A DNA stretch of 64,000 nt from Lama glama (Eukaryota): contig CM052817.1 of assembly GCA_028534125.1 (NCBI GenBank), positions 20,214,001 to 20,278,000 of the forward strand, given 5' to 3'. The notes below the pieces were generated by a model, which did no database searches, was not told the DNA's origin, and worked only from the letters and a program-made list of their open reading frames with translations. This document shows positions 1-12,340 of this stretch, piece by piece; position 1 is the first letter of the stretch, and the number at the start of each line of letters is the position of its first letter. Made by a program: the position numbers and the translations under genes.

Positions 1-2169
1 AAAGACAGTGTCATATCTAACACTTGTTTTGTTGTTTTGTTGGTTGAAACTCTCCCATTAGGGACTTTGCTTTATTGGTAACCCTCTTTTCCCAAAACAC
101 CTTCACAAGAAAATGGCTGATTCAACTGTAGTTAAAGAATTTATGAGTCATGTGTACATACTTGTTTCTATTTTTCATTTTGTGCAGATCAATGGAAGTC
201 AGCAGTTATGATACTTAAAAATCTAAAAAGCATTAAGTGCACTACCACATCGTAGGTCCAGAAGTGTTTCCATGTGTGTTTATCAGCTCTACTTATACAA
301 AAACCTACAGCAAAACCATTCCAAAGAAGGGCTCCATTTTACCTCCTGCTCCTGGGAAGGGGGTGGGGGCATTTAGCTTGGGGGGCAAGTCAGATTAAAA
401 TAAAAGGTAAAGAAATGGAGCACAGTCTTCCACAATGCCAGAAATAATATAGCCCTTGTTTAGAACTACTACTTCTTAAAGGCTGTGTGAAAAGCAAGAA
501 CAACAACAAACAAAAACTATTTGATCCCAACAGCTTGCCTTTCACTCTTACTTGTCTGCTAAAAACCACAAATGAATTGTAATAAGGATAGATAATCAGT
601 GTTTTTAGGTGACACCTTAAACTCAGAAAATGACCCATATTCAGTCCAATGTGCTTAGTTTGCTAGAGATTGGCTTTGAAGAGACCATAAGAGAAAATAC
701 TTGGTGTTTCAGGGAACATTATTCCTTCCTGACGAAAGGGAGAGTAGTAAGAAAGGTCTCCTCCACACACTTCTTCCTTGCTGCTTTCAGATGTTGTTGA
801 CTGAGGATGTGATACTGAAACTCCAGTGCCATCTGATGAATGGAGGAGCAGCCAGGATACTCAGCAGAATGCTTGGAAAGGATTCTATCATTCCATCACC
901 GGAGCACCCTTTGCGGTATTCCCTACTTCTAGAATTTCTATTAAAGGAAAGCATGCAAGTGCCTACAATTGAAGCCAAAATTATTCAGATATTCTGCAAC
1001 TCGAAGGCAACACATCCTCACTGAGTCAGATGCCCACTTGGAAATCAGATTCAAGATTACACATGTTTGTTGCTTTTCTCCATTCTCTTATTCCACCAGG
1101 AAGCAGCTTTGGTTAATTTGTAAAATCAGAAAGAGTTTGAAGCCATAGGAAATATATAAATGATGATGGTTATGAAGATTGCTTGCCCTTGTTATGCCTG
1201 TTTGTAATTTTATCTGGTACCCTTCTTTTCTCTATTTCACTTACTTTTACTGCTTCATTTTCATGTGCTTTATACTATCAATTAACAGCAATTCATATTA
1301 CCATATTTTGTTGGACAAGATAAGAAATTACCCATGCTAATCCAAATAGCATAAAATTCAACTATCATTGAGAACACATGTATAGCATATAATTTTTTGC
1401 CTTATGTTTAATCTTTGAAATTATGCTCTATTTACCATGATATTAACATTACTTGGATTCCTTTACTGGTGCCAGTTGAGGACAGAGAGAAGACAAAGGT
1501 AGAGAGAAAACATTTAGAGGAAAGTCAGAGCATATCACAAAAATGCAACAAATTAGAAAGCTAGAAGATTAACGGTAACTACTTAATACAATTTCATTCA
1601 TGAGAAAGCTAAGGATGAGAGACATAAAGCAGTGTCAATACCTGGTGGTGGTATAGTCAAGAAATGAATCCAGGTTCCTACTTATTGACATGGTCCTCTC
1701 TTGCATTACATGGCTTGCTTTCAAATGGAGCATCTTGGATGTAACTTGATTTGCCCTGTTGATAAGCCAAGGCAAGTTAGCCTTACCCATGTAAAATATT
1801 AAATGAAGAGATGGATGCAGAAATGAGCTGAAAAAAAAAAGAGGGAAACTAAAATAGCGATTTTATTCAAAACAGTACAGATAGATTTTCTTTTTAATCC
1901 TCTCTTCTCCCAATTCTCCTATTTATGTATTACCTCTGGGCATTATCTTATTTAATTATAATTACTTGTTGATGTCTTCTTTTGTCTCTGTGTGTATTTT
2001 TTTAACCCTGGTCTTTATATTCATGTATTAATTTACCAAGAATATAGGCCAGGCATTTTTCTAGGAAGACTGCCGTAAATAAACTGACACGTTGTTCCTT
2101 CTTTCACTCTAATGGGAGAAATAAATAAATATATAACCAAACAAATAACAAATAAATATATAACCAAAC

Positions 2170-3030
2170 ATTGGGTATTTTCTATGTGTCAGGCACTGTT
2201 CTAAGCCCTTTAGATAAAGTAACATTATCGCTATCAAGGATTTTTATGGGTGATGAAAAAATTTTGAGGAACTCTGAGCAAGTAAGTGGCACATTCAGAT
2301 TAAAAGGATTAGTTTGACTAATAGCCTGGAAAATAGCATAAAAGGCACTAAAAGTGAAAGAAGAAGAATCAATAAAGATTTGGGCTTTAACAGCAGAGGT
2401 GGTGAATGGTGGTCAGTTTTTTTAATATATGTATCACAATTTCCTAGACACTGGATGTGAGGGTTGGAAATAGCCTAGAGTCAAGGCTGACTTCAAGTTT
2501 TTTGACCTTAACCCATAGGTAAATGAGAGTGCCAGGTACTGCAATCAGGAAGCTTAGGAGAGAAACAGATTTGAGGGTAGGATAAACATGCAATTTGTGA
2601 ATCTGTAACTTTGAGACACCTGTTTTTCCTACATTGTCTTATGCAGTAGCCTCTAGTACTTAGTAGAGACCAAATTTTATATTTTATTTAATCTATTGAA
2701 TTTAAACTTAAATTTAAAGCTGCTACTCAACCCACTGAAAATTTTTCTTTGTATTTGGATCAGCTTGGTTTGTGACTCTACTTTCTGAACTATAAATTTT
2801 ATAAAATCCAAATACAGATCAAGTAATTGATGAAAATTTAGTATCTGAATTGGGATATCTTTTAAGTATAAAATAACACACTGGTTTTCAAAGGTTTGAG
2901 TTGAGTAGACCATAAAATATATTGTCTTCCATTCATCAGAGAGACTGAGATTGGAGATACACATTTTGAAAGCATCAGTAAAAGCATGGTGTTAAAGCTT
3001 TGGAAATTAATCATTTGATTAAAGAGTGTG
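2170..3030 (-). mobile_element. Ancient L2 (with MIR-like) fragments, heavily diverged
   Basis: Motifs such as 'tatgtgtcaggcactgttctaag', 'gagtcaaggctgacttcaagttttttgacct' and 'gattggagatacacattttgaaagcatcag' resemble reverse-strand L2 consensus as recalled. Boundaries are approximate. Confidence 0.55.
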
Positions 3031-3391
3031 TTTGGTCAGCAAGGAGTAACATCTTCCTGTGGGTTGACGATGTGATCGTGGAGAGCACCTGGCTTTTTCA
3101 GATGAGGTTTGGTTTGCTTATTATTGGGGGATGGGTGGGGAAGGAAGGGAGAGGAAGGAGAGCTTTTATCCTCTTCGATTTCATACAATCTTCGAAAAAT
3201 AGCTAGATGCTTGGATTTTAGTCCTTTTCACCCACCACTCTTCAGTACGTCAAGACCAATTCTGACAAGATAAAACCAACACTCAAATCATTTAGCTAAT
3301 TTTCAAAAATTTTCCCAGATGAGTAGTGATTAATTAAGATTAGGATTTATATACATTTCAATGTATAATTTAGTAATGATTCCATTATCCT

Positions 3392-3525
3392 CGGGGTGAC
3401 CAGATGTACAGGTTTTCACAAGCCTGCTCTAGTTAGCATCTTCTTGTTCAGTTTAATTATCAATAGTATTCCTTTTCACCCTAAACTGTTTCCTGATTCA
3501 GATGATAAATTATGTATTCACCCAA
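3392..3525 (+). mobile_element. MER94-like hAT-Blackjack non-autonomous DNA transposon
   Basis: Begins GGGGTGACC and ends ...GATAAATTATGTATTCACCC (degenerate terminal inverted repeats). Internal 'aattatcaatag...ttcaccctaaa' follows the recalled MER94 layout over about 130 bp. Confidence 0.65.
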
Positions 3526-5119
3526 ATTATTCTACTGTTTTTCTTTAGTCTGATGAACCAAGGGTTTTTTTGTTAGTTTATTTCATCTGGCTTTCTGTTT
3601 TTGCTAGTATTTAGTTTTTTGGTTTTACTTTGTTTTATTTTATATTATTTTATATTTCCTAATACCTGTCATATTGTTTTCTGTTCATCTCCACCACATT
3701 ACTTTAATTACATCAATTCTTACTTGGACTATGCAATCAGATTCTCAACCAGCATTCCTGCTTCCCCATCTCACCACTCTAATCCAGTCAACACTGCAGG
3801 ACTGATCTTTCTAAAACATTATAAAGGAAATAAATGTGAAGGATTTGGAATGGCAGGAAAAGAAGAGATTCAATGTAAGGCAGTGGTGGAGGTGACACCA
3901 GCCTCATAATACTCTGACATTTAAATTTGACCTTGATAAAGAGACAGACGTTTCCCTATGGGGGAAAAAAGGAAAAGAAAAGGCAGAGATTCTGATAAAG
4001 AAGAAAAGAAAGTAAAACTAGGAGAAGGTTGTAGACCTCCCTGACATATGACTGTTCAGTTAACGCTTTTCTGCTACAAAGCTCTTGAACATTTTTTTAA
4101 TCTCTTCTCAGAAAATGATTAACTTTTTTTGCAGAATAATGTTTATTTTCACCTAAATGCATACTGAATGCACTATAAAATGTGATAATTCAACAATATG
4201 ATTCCAAACAAAGACACACTTAAAAATGAAAAGAGGTTTCTAGTGACAAGGTATTTAGCTTGTACAATGTCACATGGGGCATCTTTGAGTCACCTGCCAT
4301 GTTTCGATGAACCCGAAGCAATTTACTTTCCTCTACCTATGCCAACTGAGACAGGTAAAAATGTAGCATTTTCTGCAACTCCTCTATCTGTTTTGCATAT
4401 GCAATATTTTCAACTATTTTTAAAATCCTCTCTAATATAGCCTGTATTTTTTCCTAAGCAAGTTTTCTGTGTTGTAACAATATTTAAGGGCTGCTTGCTT
4501 GTTTGTTTGCCAGAACAACTGACACACTAAAAGACTGGACACATAAACAAGGAATAATGTAACTTTCTAAGAATGATCCCTTTGCTGCTTTTATCCACCA
4601 ACCATGAGTCATTTATTCTTTTTTAGTGAGGATGTCATACCTTCAGTAGAATACATGTTATGAAAATAAGTTTCTAATTAATAATTTGAGGGACCAGAGA
4701 TTCTTAGCATGTAAAAATACTAAATGTAGCCACTCCTTCCAAAAATACACACCAGACTCATGGCATCATTGAGGTCACCTTCACTACGGCATGGGTGTAA
4801 TGAGGTAGGCAGAGTAATTTGGAACTGGGAGATCAGAAACGGAATCTCACTTCTGCTAAGAAGATCCCCAGAATAGGGACTTTCTTTTATTTGCTGCTGT
4901 GTTCTAGCATCTAGACCAAAGCCTGACTTTAATTAGCACTAAATAAACCCTGATGAATGAACTCAAGGATACCAAGCACAACAGTTCTTCAGTTTTTTCA
5001 TCTCACGTTAAGGGGTCATAGCAAAGAATTCTGATGTTCCAACTGCATCCTATATTCTATAGTTCAGCTAACAAAACAATGTTAAATGTTATTTTTGTTG
5101 CCTATCATTTTTCCCATAC

Positions 5120-5220
5120 CATTCTTCTTTCCTTCCTTCCTTTCCTTTCTTTCCTTCTCTTCTCTTTGCTTATTTCTTTTCTCCTCTCCATCTTTGTCTT
5201 TTTTTTTCTTTTTCTTTCTT
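5120..5220. repeat. Pyrimidine-rich low-complexity tract ((TTCC)/(TTTC)-like)
   Basis: Directly visible C/T-rich run. It explains the F/L/S-rich and K/E/R-rich spurious ORFs at 5034-5327. Confidence 0.85.
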
Positions 5221-5474
5221 ATTAATACCTTAAAGAAAGTAGCACTGAATCTTTTCAAGTTTAAATGGCATGAGTGATCTTTGCTTAGAAGCAGATGATA
5301 AGCAGTGGTCCAGAAAAAAGGAAACATGGAGCCCTTCTCTGCCTTTCAGAGAAAGCACAGAACACAGAAAACACTTCTTTTCACATAGAAAAGGAAAGGC
5401 TATCAGCCCTGAGACACAGGGAGGCACTGAGATACAGGTACCCTTCTGCTTTTCGAAAGTTTGCTTTATGCCAC

Positions 5475-6095
5475 TGAGACAGGAAGGGGGCAAGTCACAG
5501 CCATTCCAGGAATGATACAGCAATTAACATCAAAATGGTGGACGGTTCAACCTCCAGTAGGCCTTGAGGCTCAAGATTTGACTTCTAGTAGACCTTGAGC
5601 TCAATATACACTCATGGTAATACATTAGCATGGTAAATAACATGCCCACAGGCACCATGGCAGTCCCAAGGCTAGCCACGGAAGGTCAAAGAGTGGGAAA
5701 TGACCGACTTCCCAGGAATCCCAGCCCCTTCCCCAGGCTACTTAGACTGGCCCTTCCACTTTTTAGCATATGGAGGCACCAAGCCCATAAAAACTGGCAA
5801 CACGGTGCTTCACAGCCACTGCCCCCTCTCTCTGCCTCTTCGAGACGGCCCACACTCTGTCTCTGGGATATGTACCTACTTTTAATCTGAGCACACAACC
5901 CCCACACCTCGTGGCCTTTCTCTTATCTTTCAATGCATCTCTCTGAATAAATCTACCTTTACTCAACTGTGGCTCGCTCTTGAATTCTGTCCTGCACGAA
6001 GCCAAGGACCCGCACTTGGCGGGGCACGTCCCAGGGGCTCAGCCGAGACCTGGGACACAGCCTTCCTCACACCCCACACCTGTTTTCCCGCATCA
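5475..6095 (+). mobile_element. ERV1-class solo LTR, MER41-like
   Basis: TG...CA termini (TGAGACAGG...CCCGCATCA) and a perfect 4-bp TSD CCAC at 5471-5474 and 6096-6099. TATA-like CATAAAAA at 5786-5793 and AATAAA at 5946-5951. The downstream 'ctcgctcttgaattctgtcctgcacgaagccaaggaccc' resembles the MER41 U5 as recalled. Confidence 0.88.
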
Positions 6096-7754
6096 CCACT
6101 TTCACTTTCACGGAAGGCCTGCCTTAGTACCCGTTTTCCCCAGCCAAAAGAAATTTGAAGAGGATTTTTGCTTTTCGTAAAAAGGCAAAAGTTGAAAATA
6201 GTGTTCAGCATTTGCTTTGCAGGGAGCCGGTACAGAGGCAGCGTACACTCCGCAGAGAGGGGCACAGCCAAGCTTCTTCCCTGGGACCCACACTCAGCAT
6301 CTCAGCATCAAGCCGCCATAGCTTTGAACTGTGTCTGAGCGCATCTGTGTTCTATCTGGATTTATTTTGTGCATCCCTTAGCGAGATGTGTCCTAAGGTA
6401 ATTTGTTTGCTTTACGCCATTTCAGCTTAGGAAGGTTTCAAAGGAACACTTTATTTTAGACAGTGGGGGAAACCTGTATTACTTTCTTATATTTTTATGT
6501 TACCTATTTTTGTTCTAAAAATCTCTGGCAAATTTTAGGTCTCTGCCATGAATGCAGACTCTTTCCTGACACATTTTCTGTCTTTGATTCATTCTATTAC
6601 TACAAAACCATTTACTTTATAGAGAACCCTGCATTTGGGTTCCAGATTATCTTCCTATTTTAGTTTTTATCTAGAATGGAATTTATAGCACATTTCTGTA
6701 CCTGTTTCCCTTGCCCACTTAAAAGTCAAGCAGTTGATGGCATGTATACTTATAATAGGCATTCAATTTATAGCAATGTGGTGAAAAATAATAACTGAAA
6801 GAAATTCATTGTTAACAACTGAGTTTTAAATTTTTCATTATTTCTAATTTGGGGAGGTATTTTGGGAGTATACATTGTATCCCTGAAATCACACTGTATA
6901 GTAAAGGTGTGCCTCTTTGTTTCCTAAAAATGAGTATTGTTTCTGCCCAAATCAGATATGTGGACCAGTTTTTGGCTGCAACAGCATCTGATTTCTCTTC
7001 TATTCATCTTGTTATAATTATACCTACCAACTTATCTGTGCCTTTTAGTGCACTTAATACCATAGCATACCAACTTAGAAACAGCAAAAACAACAAAATG
7101 TTTGAACAGAAGGGCAGACAGGCAGTTGATGTGTAAAGGAAGACTTTAAAAACTCAAATGATGTCTCAGAATAATGGCAAAATAATTCCTTGTAAGTGAC
7201 TACATGTGACTGACAAGCTCTACACCCATTAATTTCCTGCTCTTTTCTGTAATTTTGAAAAATTGTATGCTTTTTATCCTTACTTCCATTTTTTATTTCA
7301 GTAGAAAGTTTCTTTACTGTTTTCTTAGCAATAATTTATACATATAAATCACCACAAAAGATGACTCCTCTGCTCTTTTATGTCATTTAAAAATATATAT
7401 TCATTTATTCAATGTCTTAATGGTCACTATTGCCCGACCCCTAACATTATCAACTTGCAGCTAAGTCATGTTATTTCCTATTAGCTGTTTTTTCTTTTTT
7501 TTATTCCTGTTTCTTTTAGTCTGTTCAGATCCCTATCATCATAATTTACTCAATTGTAATAAATTCCTAGGTGTCTTCCTCTCTCTAGTATTCCATATTT
7601 TCACTCCATCTTGCAGTCTCCCTCTAAATTCACCTCTTCCCAAAGCCATTCATATTATATCACATTCTAAATTATTTTATTCTTATGCACTGAATAAAGT
7701 CCAAATTCTCAGATTGTGTGATATTGATTAAAGCTATATTCCCAATCTCTCTTA

Positions 7755-8012
7755 TTCAGTATTCTCAGCAGAGGACCTTGAAACAAAAAGATCCAAGTGC
7801 AATGCTTAGGAACTGGTCAAATTAACAAGAGTAGAGAATGAGATGTGGATTCAAATGGAAGGCAGCCAATAAAGTACACATTATCCAGCAAGTTGCCACT
7901 GTGTGCACTGGGGCTTATTAATCCATGTGGAGGTCTTTGGGGATGAGTGTAGGATATTTCTCTCTGTGTGTTTCCATATAAGGGGCAAGAGATGTGATCT
8001 TTATCCATCCAA
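7755..8012 (-). mobile_element. ERVL LTR fragment (LTR16/LTR33 group)
   Basis: 'gaaggcagccaataaagtacacattatccagcaagttgccactgtgtgcactggggct...tttatccatcca' matches the recalled reverse-strand LTR16-type consensus. Confidence 0.6.
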
Positions 8013-8043
8013 TGGATGTAATAAAAATAATGATAAATTTAGT

Positions 8044-8294
8044 GAGTCTTTATCTCCAGTAAATAGAAAGTAAAAAGTACATACAAACAGTGTGGAGATT
8101 TCTCACAAAACTATAAACAAAACTACCATATAACTCAGCAATTCCACTCCTGGGTATATATTCAAAAACAAAAACAAAAGTGCTAATTCAAAAGATACAC
8201 GCATCCCAATATTCATAGCAACGTTATTTACAATTGCCATGGTATGGAAGCAACCTAAATGTCCATCAACAAGTATTTGGATAATGAAGATGTG

Positions 8295-8363
<69 letters not shown>

Positions 8364-8772
8364 GGAATACTACTCAGTTATAAGAAAGACCGAAATTTTG
8401 CCATTTGCAGCAGCATGGATGGACTTGGTGGACAATATGCTAAATGAAATAAGTCAAAGACAAATACTATATGACATCACTTTTATGTGGAATCTAAAAA
8501 ATAAAACAAACTGGTGAATAAAACAGAAAAGAATATATATATTTCACAGATATAGAGAATGAACTAGTGGTTACTGTTGGGGAGAGGGAAGTGGGGAGGG
8601 GCAATATAGGAGTAGGGGCTTTTAAAAAAAGACTTATCATGGGATTATATGGACTCATGGTGTGAAACTTTTGAAAATTTTAAAACACTATAGAATTTAA
8701 AGAATCATTTAGTTACAATTAAGTTAAAAATAAAAACTAATAATAAATTAAATTTGTTTTCTTGCAAAAAAA
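8044..8772 (+). mobile_element. 5'-truncated LINE-1 (ORF2 C-terminal remnant plus 3'UTR and A-rich tail)
   Basis: The ORF track gives the L1 ORF2 end motif WKQPKCPS...MEYYS...EILPFAAAWMDL. Typical 3'UTR and A tail. A 12-bp direct repeat GATAAATTTAGT at 8032-8043 and 8773-8784 is the likely TSD. Confidence 0.9.
8297..8360. repeat. (AC)32 microsatellite inside the L1
   Basis: Perfect dinucleotide run, 64 nt. Confidence 0.97.
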
Positions 8773-8784
8773 GATAAATTTAGT

Positions 8785-8965
8785 AGGTATTTAACTTTTT
8801 TTAGGCTCTGTGTTAGGTACAGTCATATGCATTAGTTAATTTAATATCACAGAAAGCCTGTGAAGCTGGTATTGTTATTTCTGTCCCCATTTCACAATGT
8901 TTACAGGTATTAGGTGATGTTCAAAGTTCAGGCACACATTCAAAATTTAAACTCAGATGTCTGTC
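8785..8965 (-). mobile_element. MIR SINE fragment
   Basis: 'atttaatatcacagaaagcctgtgaagctggtattgttatt...ccccatttcaca' is a reverse-strand MIR core-like motif. Confidence 0.6.
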
Positions 8966-10404
8966 AACAATCATGTCAATATTTCATCACTGTTCGCTGT
9001 GCACTGCTTTTGATAATGGGCTTTAGCTCTTCACCGGAATCATAGAAAGTACCAGAAGTTTTATGACTTCATGTAACATTCGGTGGCTATGCATGTGATC
9101 AAGCAGATGACTTACTGTCTCCTCGATTTCTGGAATTAGTTCATCAGTCTTGGTTTTGTCTATGTGTATTGCAAGCTTCCTTAGGACAGTGGCAATTTTT
9201 GCATATTATTGACAAGGTTCAACAGTTTAATATATAATTGGTTTCTAAAATGTTGTTCTATGATATTAATGATAATTTCATATTTCATATGTTACTGAAA
9301 AGTTGCATCTAAACCTTTTATATCTGCCACTTTTAATGCAATTTTTTCTAATATTACTATGTCTACTATAACTTTTTGAAATTTCATATCTATTGGATTA
9401 CATATTTTTTATAACAGTTTTCAACTCAGTGACCCTACACTGTATGTGCACATAAAAATACATGCATCTATAATGTTATGCATCTATTTTATTAAATATA
9501 TGAAAATTAAATTAGAGTGCCTTCTTAAAAATGCTTATTTTTAAAAAAATTTTTGAAAGCTTTACTAAAGTATACTAATAAAAATATACTATAATAATTC
9601 TATGTTAAGGAAGTTCATATTTTATTTTTGGCAGCAATAATTCGCTATGTATCTTTGTAGCAGTCATTTATTTTCTATACATATAAAGAAGCAATACAGC
9701 AAGAGCATGAAAAGACACAATTGAATGATTAATAGATATGTACAAAATTTTTTATGAACTTGGCTTCCTTCCTCTGTTTAACAATGCTTATGTTATTTAT
9801 AAGATAATGCAAATATTCCCACATTAATTCACCACACTATCCTTTAAAATATGAGAAATTGTTAAATGGGGTGAAAAATGCACGACATTTTAAAATTAAG
9901 CTATTATGCTAAGTTTATGCAAATATGAATATTACTAGCTAAAATAATAATTTTAAAATATTGCTTTTGAAATGTTCATTTCATTAGCATGCATATTCCT
10001 CTAAAAATCCTGCACTTAATATTGTTATTTGGAGATAATACAGTGATTTTTATATATATGCAGTAAATGCTTCATTTAAGTTGCACTTTAGCACATGAGA
10101 CAAAAGGGAAAGGTTCTCAGATTTGGAGGCATTTTCAAGTAGAAATAAAATATCCATAATATAATTTTCTTTTGTATTTGTTCAGTTTGGATGGTCAGAA
10201 AATATTGTGATTTAAATCCTGAAAATAGCAAATAGTGTGGGCTCTCTGGTTTAAATCTATTTTCAAGAAGAAATATTTTAAAGAAAATTACTCACAGTTA
10301 ATTGCAATGCAGTTGGTATAATATCATTTTACTCCCATCCCCAAATCCTGTTCAGACAGCACAATGATATCACCATAGTGCTGGAGAGAGAGCTAAAATG
10401 TTAT

Positions 10405-11060
10405 CACTGTCAGACCAGGGATTTTACCTAGTTTGTTCAATGTTGTCTGCTTAATGTCTAAAATACCGCCTGGAATACACTAAGTGCCAAATAAATGTTA
10501 GTGACTTCTAATTTATTTGAAAAGATACACTCAAATGTATGCTTGATTAATACCACTGGATACATCTGCTTTTAAAACTGATCCTGTTGCTAAACCCTTT
10601 GAGACCATTTTTTCCCTCTGCATTCATGCATTTTGAAGCAAATATATTGAACATTTACTTCATGAAATGCACTATTACAAGGCCTGGAAGTATAACATAT
10701 TGTTACATTGACAAATATCCGAGTTTAAAATCCATTGAAAGTGCATAGAAAACAAAAACAAAAAACCAAAAAAATGGTGATAATACATCTAGGAAGAAAA
10801 ATAAATCAGAGAAAGAGAGTTCCAGGGACAGGAGGTTCCATGTAAGGATCTTTGGAAGGCTAGACAAAGTTTCACGAAAAAGGTGAGCACTGAGTAAGTA
10901 CCTAAATGAAATAGATCGATCCACAGTAATATCTTAGCCAAGAGCATTCTAGACAAAGAGAAACAGAAAAATACCAAACTCTCAGGTAGAAACATGTCTA
11001 ATGTGTTCAGGGATCAACCTGAAAACTCCAATGGCTGGACTAGAATGAAAGGGTTCCGGA
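10405..11060. mobile_element. L2 fragments (3' end on + at about 10405-10505, larger piece on - at about 10620-11060)
   Basis: 'gcctggaatacactaagtgccaaataaatgttagtga' is the L2 3' end. 'cattcatgcatt...aaatatattgaacatttac' is the reverse 3' end. Confidence 0.55.
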
Positions 11061-11239
11061 AATAGAAGATGACAATTGACTAAGGGTTATATCCTTAACA
11101 CCAGCTACTGACTTTGGAATTTTAAAAGAATAGGCAATTTAATATGCTTAAGTCTTCAAAAGAGAGAATACCTGTTTGCTTCGCAAGGTGCCATTAGGTC
11201 CAGATGAATACCTGCATACATGAAGAAACTTGAAGCGGC

Positions 11240-11480
11240 AGAGTTGCAATGGCGATCAGGACTACAGACTTTGAAATCTCAGCCATGCCAGCTGGTAGTT
11301 GTGTGACCCTGAGTAAGTGATTTAACCTCTCTGGGCTTTAGTTTTCTCAATCCGAAAATGGGGACGATGGCCATGCCTCATATATTGTTGGAGCATGAAA
11401 TGAAATATGCACATGCTCTCAACACTGGTAAAGAAATGCTCAACACTGGTCTGGTAAAGAAATGCTCTAAAAATATGTGA
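11240..11480 (+). mobile_element. MIR SINE
   Basis: Core motif 'tgtgtgaccctgagtaagtgatttaacctctctgggctttagttttctcaatccgaaaatgggga'. Confidence 0.8.
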
Positions 11481-11923
11481 GGTTTTGTATTGTTTTAGAT
11501 TTTAAAAGTGACAATAATACAGTAGTAGTTCTGGTAGCATATGATTACAGAATCAGAATGGCGGTTTTAAGAGTCACAAAAACGATGAAGATGTAAGTCA
11601 TTTATGCAAATATTCTCTTAGTATTCAGAAAAAACAATATAAGTGAATCCCATTAACTACACCCGGAGAAGCATGTTGATGATATACAGGGGGTGTGGGC
11701 TTTTGAAAGAGACGACAGCGACTCCTAGGCAATGGCAAGGATTGAGGGAGAACAAGCTATGCTAAATGAACCACATAATGGAATTATTTATTACAGAGAA
11801 AGTTCTAAGAGATGCTGTAAGAATTGCGTATCTTAATTTTATTTAAGTGTTAACAGATCTTTCATAGTATTATCTTTATGAGTGGACAATGTCAGCCTAT
11901 GAGGAGACTAAGAGTCACCGAGT

Positions 11924-12340
11924 TGTTTTAGCTTGGATTATCCCGGAAGCATTCTGAGACAGAGATTTCAGCGCAGGTGATTTCCTGCGGAGTGTTCAGG
12001 GAGAGAAACTGCTGCAGAGAGTGGAGCCAGCAGGGGCCAGTGGAGGAGGGGGCAGAATTCTGGTGGAGTCGCGCTGGGGGCCTCAGCCTATTTCCACAGG
12101 GAGCTCTCAAGCTAGGACGGACATTCAGGATTGATCTGGCTTGAGACGAGAGGGCCAGGCCTTTTTAATCCCACATCAGCCAGCCATGGGTGTGGGCTGC
12201 TCAGGAGGGAAGGTCCTAACCCTAGGCCAGGCAGCTCCTTCGGGCAAAGGCAATTCCCAGAGAGAATTAGCTCAGTCTGCAGCTGAAAGTCCTGGAAGCT
12301 GAGAGAGGAGGGGCTGGTGAGCGCTCAGGTCCTGAAGAGC
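11924..12340 (-). mobile_element. ERVL LTR (LTR33/LTR16 group)
   Basis: GC-rich block with 'gaagcattctgagacagagattt...gcaggtgattt', 'ggccaggcctttttaatccc' and 'ggcagctcctt...aggcaattccc', as in recalled reverse LTR33-type consensus. Confidence 0.7.

Noticed and set aside
2122..2171. Short local duplications (also about 11418-11467 and 61289-61348)
   Set aside because: Ordinary two-copy slippage duplications of 20-25 bp, with no array or spacer structure and not CRISPR-like.
5034..5327. Hydrophobic or charged ORFs suggesting a membrane peptide
   Set aside because: They are translations of a pyrimidine/purine low-complexity tract.
6220..6270. GC-rich stretch with a CTCF-like look downstream of the LTR
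   Set aside because: Several mismatches in the core CCASYAGRKGGC, so it cannot be supported without a PWM scan.
8239..8517. His/Thr-repeat ORF
   Set aside because: It is an (AC)n microsatellite inside an L1 ORF2 remnant.
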